From contig NW_002060954.1 in NCBI RefSeq assembly GCF_000150275.1, positions 434,001 through 498,000 on the forward strand: a DNA stretch of 64,000 nt, written 5' to 3'. The notes beneath the pieces were generated by a model that had not been told where the DNA came from, did not search any database, and saw only the letters and a program-made list of their open reading frames with translations. The stretch is from Trichoplax adhaerens. Lineage: Eukaryota; Animalia; Placozoa. Positions within the stretch are counted from its first letter, which is position 1. Each line of letters opens with the position of its first letter. A program made the position numbers and the translations under genes. Shown one piece after another: positions 56,323-64,000 of this stretch.

Positions 56323-58547
56323 TGGCAAAGATCTTGTTAAAAAATATAACTCAGGATCTACTAAAATATAATATCGAACTGTATTTTATGCAAAGAACTA
56401 TCAAAATACAGACTATAACTACCAAATGTGCTAAAATATGCAATTGTGGCTGCAACCACAGCGTTTACATAAAAATACCGATAAATTTAGCATATAGCAG
56501 TTGATATAAACGTTACGACCTCTTTACTATTTAAACCTTTATAGATTTATCTTCGTATGCTATTGTAAATCTAATCGCGTTACAAATGGTGGTAACTAAT
56601 TATAGCTGTAGATTAATAACATCTTAATTTAGTACTGCTGATGCGCTGATGAGTACTTGATAAATATAGTTCATGCTGCTTGATCTTATCAACAGTAAAA
56701 GTGGCCTAACAAAGATGTTATCTATGAAATATATGTCAGAAAATGGAGTAAATTTTGCGCATTAGATACAAATGTACTCGTACAAACGCTTCCTCTCATG
56801 ACTTATAGCCTTCTGCATAGAGCGTCTTAATATTTTGGAATAGAAATCATCACACCTATTCATATGTACGAATGCACAGAATAAAATACATAATATACAG
56901 TACGTGTATGTGATGGATATGAATTCTTCTCGTCAGACTTTTATTTACGATTAATATCATTTTAAAATGAGATTCTTATTAATAAATAAAAATTTGTAAC
57001 ACTTCATGTGTATACGTATTCTATATAGTACTAGGATCAGCTTATGATGTTTTAAAGTTATCACTGTTTAAATGAGCAATATTGAGTTAGTGTCTGAGGT
57101 GTAGCACGGTATTAGTAGTTGTCTACCTTTGGCTTTCAATTACTGAAAAAGCTAAATACAATGCATTTATAAAGATGTGGTGTCTTTTCAGAACATGTGG
57201 CCAGCTCCGGTGTGCAGATTCTGATACCACATTAAAACATGTTCATTTATGCATTGTTTTGTATTTACTGTAAATCCTTATCCACTCTAGATTTTGTATT
57301 GCTCTTTTATTGTACTGTCAGTAAAGTGTGCCTTGCCTAATGTTATTTTGTACCTGATTTTTTAATTTCCAAGGAAGTTCCGAGTCTGAAATATTGAACG
57401 ATAGTAGGTATTAATAGCTAAGTATGTATATTGATTAACGGCTAAATGAATGTCAGCACAGGATTAGACTTCATTTCATTTATTAGTACTCTATGCAGTA
57501 CTTGTTAATACCTATATATTTAAATTGCTGATGTTAAAACGTTACGCATAATTTAATACACTTGCGTATTAAAGATTCATTTTTTAATAGTCCGTGATAA
57601 ATTCATAATAACATTTTTAACACTTTCATGGTATTACACGGGTAAATAAAAATTCCCTAGTTGATTGTCGGCCATAAAACCAAAAGGATTCAGCAGTTAA
57701 TAGTTATTAGAGGAACGATCGATTTGATCATGAATGTACATATCTGTAGTAAATACTTAATTCTTTATACTTAAAACCTGCTTTTGTGAGGTTCGTACAG
57801 TTTAAACCTTTAAGTTTCTATTGTACTGTAGGTGATTAATATTTAAAGAGCGAGTAAATCAAACCGAACCGGTCAAGGTCTATATCTATATACAATAACA
57901 TTGCTATCTAACAGGTCAGAAACATCGTTAAATTTGTAATCAAATCTTAAAAGCATCTTAAGGAATTCAAATAACTATTTGATAATTAAGTTAAAAAAAT
58001 ACAATTTAAGAATGAAAAATTATAAAAAATATTATGAAGGATGGTTTCTGATCGGAAAGACATCAACAAATTATGTCATTCATTACAATATGCAAGTTAA
58101 ATAACCACTACTATACGTTACTGGTGATTTTAAGATGATGTTGCTTCGACTGCGTGATTAGCTTTGCAAATTTCGTACAACTGCGTATGAAGTCGGAATA
58201 ATTACTATACGATCCAATAATAACTCAGCAATATTCTTTACTTCTAATAACAGAAATGGCTTATTTTACGAAGGTACGACTAACATTTCTCATGATACCG
58301 TAAGTATCTGTATAAATTGCGCTTTATCAAATTAGTAATCATTGTAGCCAAGTAGCGACTTAATTGACAAGTCAACTTAAGTATAGAATACCACTAACAA
58401 TCATGAAGTAATGTGAGTTTTACTTTCCAATAAGAACTGAGTATCATGTAGAAGTTTACAAGAACCATTAAGCTCTCAGACAGATACTACAAATGTATAA
58501 AAGGACGAATAAAATACTATAATTTGAATAATATTTATTTTCAACTT

Positions 58548-61500
58548 CTAGTATTCATGCGCGCTTTCCTTCTTATTCATAAAAGATTGAGACTTTCCGA
58601 AATTCCGAATGCCTGATGATGTTGAACTAGATTTATATAAATGCGATAGACTAGCATCCAAGGACTCTTTGAAAAAATTTAACTCATACTGGTGTCTCTG
58701 CTGCAATTCTTGTTGTCTTTCTAGCCTTAGCTGCTGCAAAGCCATACTTTCTTCCATTTTCTATAATTGTGATATTTATATTACAAAAATTAATCGCAAC
58801 ATTTCTTAAAATAGTATAGCATAAATGAGACTGACTCTGCTATCCATTTCTTTGCGTCTATTCGTAATTTTTTCTTCGCACTCCGTTCGTTCTTTTTCAT
58901 TTTGTGTCTTCATTTGAATCATCATTCGACTCTGATAAGCGCTCAGCATTTCCTTTTCCTGTTGTAACATCCTTTCTAATGCTTGCTGCTCAATTGTTTG
59001 AGATTCAGTTAACCTCGACTATTATCGAGAAATTAATTCTTATCAGGATATTGAATAATGACTTATCACATAAATACAATCAACAGCCTATATATAATTC
59101 TCAAAATACGAGGCCATACCGCTTGCTCTTCTACAAGGTCTACAATAGTCTTATCGTACTGTTCCTCCAATGCCGCCATTTTCCGATTTCTTTCTTCCTT
59201 AAGTTGTTTACTTATTTCTCTATGCTTCTCTCTCGGCTCCCTTTGTAATAGTTGTTTTTCGTACGATTTAAATTGGCGATTCTGCGTCTTGACCATATCA
59301 GCAAACTGTCTTTTTATGCGATCTTTTTGTGTCTGAGGATTTAATAGTAATGTTAGAATTAATTTCAAGAAAGAGAAGGAAATTCACAAAAAGTCCTCCT
59401 ACTTTTAAATTTCTAGGTTGTTGTCGCTGAGCTATTAACTGTTTCTTTCGTTGTTCATTTCTTCTTTGCCGTTCATATTCATTTTCATTATCCCATTCTA
59501 TTCTATGCTGTTTTTGCTGCTGTGCTAATCGTAAATCCTGAATTACTTTCATATGTTTCGACTCTGTATCATTTATAATTTCAAGATGACGTTGCAACGT
59601 CTCATGAGACTGATCTTTTCTCTGCTGCATAAAATTAAGTTCCTAATGTTGCAAGTTTAGCGCTTTAGTACTTATTAGTATATAAATCCTTACATACATA
59701 TGATAATAATGTAAATAAGATTACTTTCATTCGTAAAATGAATCTCGCTTTGATTCTTACTACCTGCTGCAAGAGCTGCTTTTCTAGGTTGTGGTGGCAC
59801 AATAATTGTTCCTTTCTGAATTGTCTAAGTTTGAGATCTGCACCATTTCGTAATTCTTGTAATTTACGTCTTTCGTCCTCGGATTGACGTTGCAAAACCT
59901 CATCTAATTTTTTGCGTTTCATAGTTTCTCTATCTTTACTACTACAGCTCATTTCATCCAATTCCTATCAAAAATAACATCTTTTTCAGTATGATCTTAA
60001 GCTATAAAGAAATGACTTATAACAGCGATTGTCTTGTGAAATATATAATACGAATGAATTAATTATTACCTTTTTTATTGAAGTTTTTATTATCTTAAAA
60101 TCCGCTTTTTGTTGGCTATTAAACTGCTTCATTTCTTGTTCGTTCTTATCACGAACTGTTTTCCAATATTTCTTTTCTTCTGTTACACAAGCACGCAGCT
60201 GAATTGTTAAAAACATTAAATTTTGTTACTGTGAAATATGTAATATCGATGAATGTTAAGTATCAAACTATTACATTTTGTTCCAAGTCTCCTTTGTGTT
60301 TATTTCTTATTCTTTCAAGTTCTCTTTCCGTTCCGTGTAAGAAGCTCTCATGATCCTTATCCAATTGCTTGATTTGTTCATGTAATTCAGATGTTAACTT
60401 CGCATTTAATGATTGCAGTTGATGTTGGTGTTGTTGTCTCATACGAGTATATATTAATAGCTGTTCTCTATAGTTGTTGTGCGATGCATGCTCACGCCTT
60501 TCTCGTGATACAAAACTAATAGGTCTTATGGTAGCAAACCGATCTTGTCCAAGCAAATCTCGATCTTCACTACTCTCATTCTCTCTAACAGGTTCATTCT
60601 ACGTAATGAAATCATTATTGATAGTCAAATACTTTCAGCTAACGGCATTTTTAGTCAAATACGTTAACAAATATTTAGTATAACTACGAACTAACCATAG
60701 ATCTATCACTAATTTCTGCTATATTGCTTGATGATTGCGATGAATTATCGTCATCGCTATCATGGTCTATGTGAGGCTAGAACATACAGGTTAAACAGAA
60801 TTAATAATACTAAAATGAAAAAAACTCAAAGAAGTTCTATATCATTCAGGCTAATCTGTAATCGTTACCATAGTTGGTCCATTTCTCTGTTGTTCCGTAG
60901 CGGGTTGAGAATTTATATTCGTCTGTTCGGATTCTTCTATGACAATCTTTTTTAGTCTTTTGTAGCTCAGACTATCCATTGTTCTAACAGCTTCTTTTGT
61001 TCTTTGAATTAGGTTAAACAGGATATGTGCAGGCCTGTCTTGTGTTACAAATTCATGCTAATTTTCGTTTGTAATAAACATCTATTAATTGCTGATAATT
61101 ACAAATATTAATTCAATGAGTGTTGAGCGTTTTCGAAATTACTTACCAGCATTAAATCCTCAGTCGATGGTCTATCTTTAGCGTCTTTGTTAAGGCATTT
61201 TGCAACAAAAGATACGAAAGCTACAGACCTGGTATATTACATCATTCAAAATGAAACGGCATCATCTTTTACGGCGTAGTTATATTATTAGTAGTTTACC
61301 TTATTATGAAAAGTAAATAACAGCGAAAACTAACCATCTAGGGGATTCCTTCAGAGTTGGAGGATCATTCTGGGCTATATGATATAAAGCACTCATAGCA
61401 TTCATATTTATCAGAGGGGGCTTTCTTTCAGCTAGAAAACATTTACCAAATTAAAGAGTATTTAATAATATTTAAGACAGATATTATTATAATAATCTTG

Positions 61501-63140
61501 TATATTCTAACCTAATTCGATACAAGTTATCCCAAGAGACCAGACGTCGGCCTATTTAATAAATTTAAGCTTGTAATTCAAAATTATATGATGGATATAA
61601 ACCTGTACTAAATTTATAATATGGATGTAACAAAATCACCTTTCCATCATAAGGGCCTTCATCCATCGAAAGTATAACTTCAGGCGCCATCCTGGAATTG
61701 AATAGTGTGATGGAATTGTCTTAAAATGATGTAACGATCGCACTATACCTTAATATACTGTGTATGCTTTAACATAAACTATAAGACTTTTTCAGTAATT
61801 ATGGCAGCATGATAAACCATCAGTATATTTTCCAGTATAACAAATATATACGAAACAAAAGTACATATCACATGATAGGTATCTTACCAATAAGGCGATC
61901 CAACGAATGTTGTTGCAGGACATTTTAAAGAAGCTGACCCAAAGTCGCCTATATAGCATAACCGATAGAGACGTTAGATCTTTATTGATATGTTTATTAC
62001 ACCAGCGCATGAAAGATGTTTGCATCAGCCTTTACCTAGCTTTACTACTCCTTCGGATGTTAGTAATACGTTACCAGCTGAAAAATGTAATAAAATCATT
62101 AGGATTCTGTCTTAGATTGAGCTTTTAGTCTTCTATATACCTTTTACGTCTCTATGTATTCTGTTCGTACTGTGCAGATAACGCAAACCCTATGTGTATA
62201 TATGATACATTGTTAAGATAGGACGCATACTGGAAGATAGTTATCCTTCTTAAATTGCTTATTTTCGGTTTTAAGATGTTAGATTATAGAAGGCTTACCT
62301 CTAATGTTCCTATGCAAATGGCTGCAACCTCATTCTCATGTAGTAAGTCTTTGTGGACTTTAATGGTATAAAAATCAAGAAATTACAATTTTTAATACAA
62401 TTTAAATTCCACGAAAATAATTGCGTTCTGAGTGCGTATGTCACAATACCTTCTACGATATCTGCGGCTGATCCTATGCAGTATTCCATTGAAAGCTAGA
62501 TAAAGTAAGCAAGAATCGTTTAAGTTTGCCGATTGCAATAGTTCGTTTAGAGTACGGGTGTGTCTCAGAGCGTCATTGAATCATTCATGCCTCGAGATAG
62601 TGTATAATTTAATTAAGTTTACGTGAGCTACAACAAAATTTTGTAACATACCCAAACGTAATCATCCACTAAATAGCAACCATAATATTCAATAATATTC
62701 TTGTGACTACATGACCGTAGGAAGCTTATTTCTTTAATAATTTCTTGCCATTTCTACGAAGTCCGAATTAGTTGCTTTTAAATAAATAATATTACTGTAT
62801 ATTACCTAGGGCTCACATAATGATTCTTTCTTTACCTCTTCGGAATTTTTACCATTGAATGACATCTTCTTGATAGCCATGGCTTGGCTATTACTTTTAT
62901 TACGTGCCTAATAGAAATATTTGATACTTTTATAATTTGCAACATTCAAATCAGATTTAACTTAAAATCTGTAGAAAATAAGTATTATATTAATTATAAT
63001 TAGGTTGGCTTCCTTACAAAGTAGACAGCTCCGAAGCTGCCATGGCCAATTTCTCTTAAGATATTAAATTTCTTATTTGGATTTTCATGCGAAAAATATT
63101 CACCTACATTAGGGTCATTCCAACCCGTTGTAGAAGGCAT
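58548..63140 (-). CDS. TAOK: TAO (STE20 family) Ser/Thr kinase, multi-exon
   Basis: [91 protein letters not shown] and FATIRP, followed by a long coiled-coil C-terminus. Confidence 0.95.
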
Positions 63141-63617
63141 TCTATGAAATGAGAAGGAGTGGGTACGTTCGCTTAGAGTCAAGATCAGGATTTATATCAC
63201 GTAATCGTGAAGAAGAGCTTTTATGTCTTTACTAATTTCCTGTAGGTTAACGTAGTGAAACGTATACATAACTAAATCTTCTTTAGCTGTAGCTAACAGC
63301 CTCAAATTGTTTTAAATTTAGTATATACTCGTATGGCAATAGTTCTATCGGTACTGTAATGCTGCGCTTCGTTTTGGAAAGATTAAAATCAATTAATCAG
63401 GGTTATGGCCGCACCTCCAACAGATGTGTTTATTGAATAATGTAGAATAAGAGGAGTCACTAGGCTAGTGTTCTGTACGTGTTCGTACGTTTAGTTCAGA
63501 GTACTGAACTTCTTGCAAGACTCACTCACTTTAGTTTAATTTCGAGGATGAGGTTTTATACATATACAAGAGTTAAGCTAACTATAGAAGTCTTTCAGGT
63601 TCTCCACTGTACACTGT

Positions 63618-63655
63618 CGACGACTACTACAGTAGATTTCTTTTAGTAGTCCATG
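63618..63655. mobile_element. 38-bp TIR remnant or excision footprint with perfect 7-bp TSD
   Basis: ACACTGT (63611-63617) | cgacGACTACTAcagtagatttctttTAGTAGTCCATG | ACACTGT (63656-63662). The left end is degenerate. Confidence 0.7.
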
Positions 63656-63727
63656 ACACTGTAAACGATGCAGCACAGCATAAATAGTACAGAAATTTGT
63701 AGTTTGATAAGGGTTGTCGAATCATCT

Positions 63728-63880
63728 CACTGTACTGTACAGTCATGGACTAGTACTGTACGATGGTGTACTGTAGGTACTGTAGTGTACAATGTACACT
63801 GTACAGTACAGTATACGGTATGCAGTACGGTAGTAGTGTTTTTTCGTTTAGTTGTCCTACTACTGTACTGTACACTAGTG
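63728..63880. repeat. TACTG/CAGTA tract upstream of TAOK, containing another CATGGACTAGTA end at 63744
   Basis: Repeated actgtac/cagtac units, with CATGGACTAGTA at 63744-63755. Confidence 0.75.
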
Positions 63881-64000
63881 CTCGTATAAATATAGTACAA
63901 ATATTATAATAATAATAATAATAATATATAATTAATTAATTAATTTGTATACTGTATTATTATTATTATTACACTACCTGAAATTGGCAAATATAACAGA

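Noticed and set aside
61888-61946. TAOK activation loop [10 protein letters not shown] instead of ANSFVGTPYW
   Set aside because: The Ser/Thr swaps are conservative and the catalytic Lys, HRD and DFG are intact, so it is not a pseudokinase.

Overview
AT-rich, intron-dense, compact animal genomic DNA. The gene density, short GT-AG introns and orthologue set suggest an early-branching metazoan such as the placozoan Trichoplax (inference, not verified). Eleven spliced protein-coding genes can be read: a small Cys-rich PH-like protein, mitochondrial selenoprotein thioredoxin reductase TXNRD2 (in-frame UGA = Sec, 3'UTR SECIS), Brambleberry/GEX1/Kar5, GNB1L, HSCB, AIFM3, RNF34/RFFL, THOC5, an unrecognised SAM-SAM-RA-RA-coiled-coil-FIP-RBD protein, IFT22/RABL5 and a TAO kinase. 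The main non-genic signals are: (1) a family of non-autonomous elements with CA(T/G)GGACTA termini and 7-bp target-site duplications, resembling P/Galileo elements and including excision-footprint-sized remnants, all lying just upstream of start codons; (2) TACTG/CAGTA tracts concentrated at gene 5' ends; (3) a perfect 12-bp hairpin 6 nt after the Sec codon, positioned like a Sec redefinition element. The gene set also shows linkage shared with human 22q11-q12. Exon boundaries were read by eye and are approximate.
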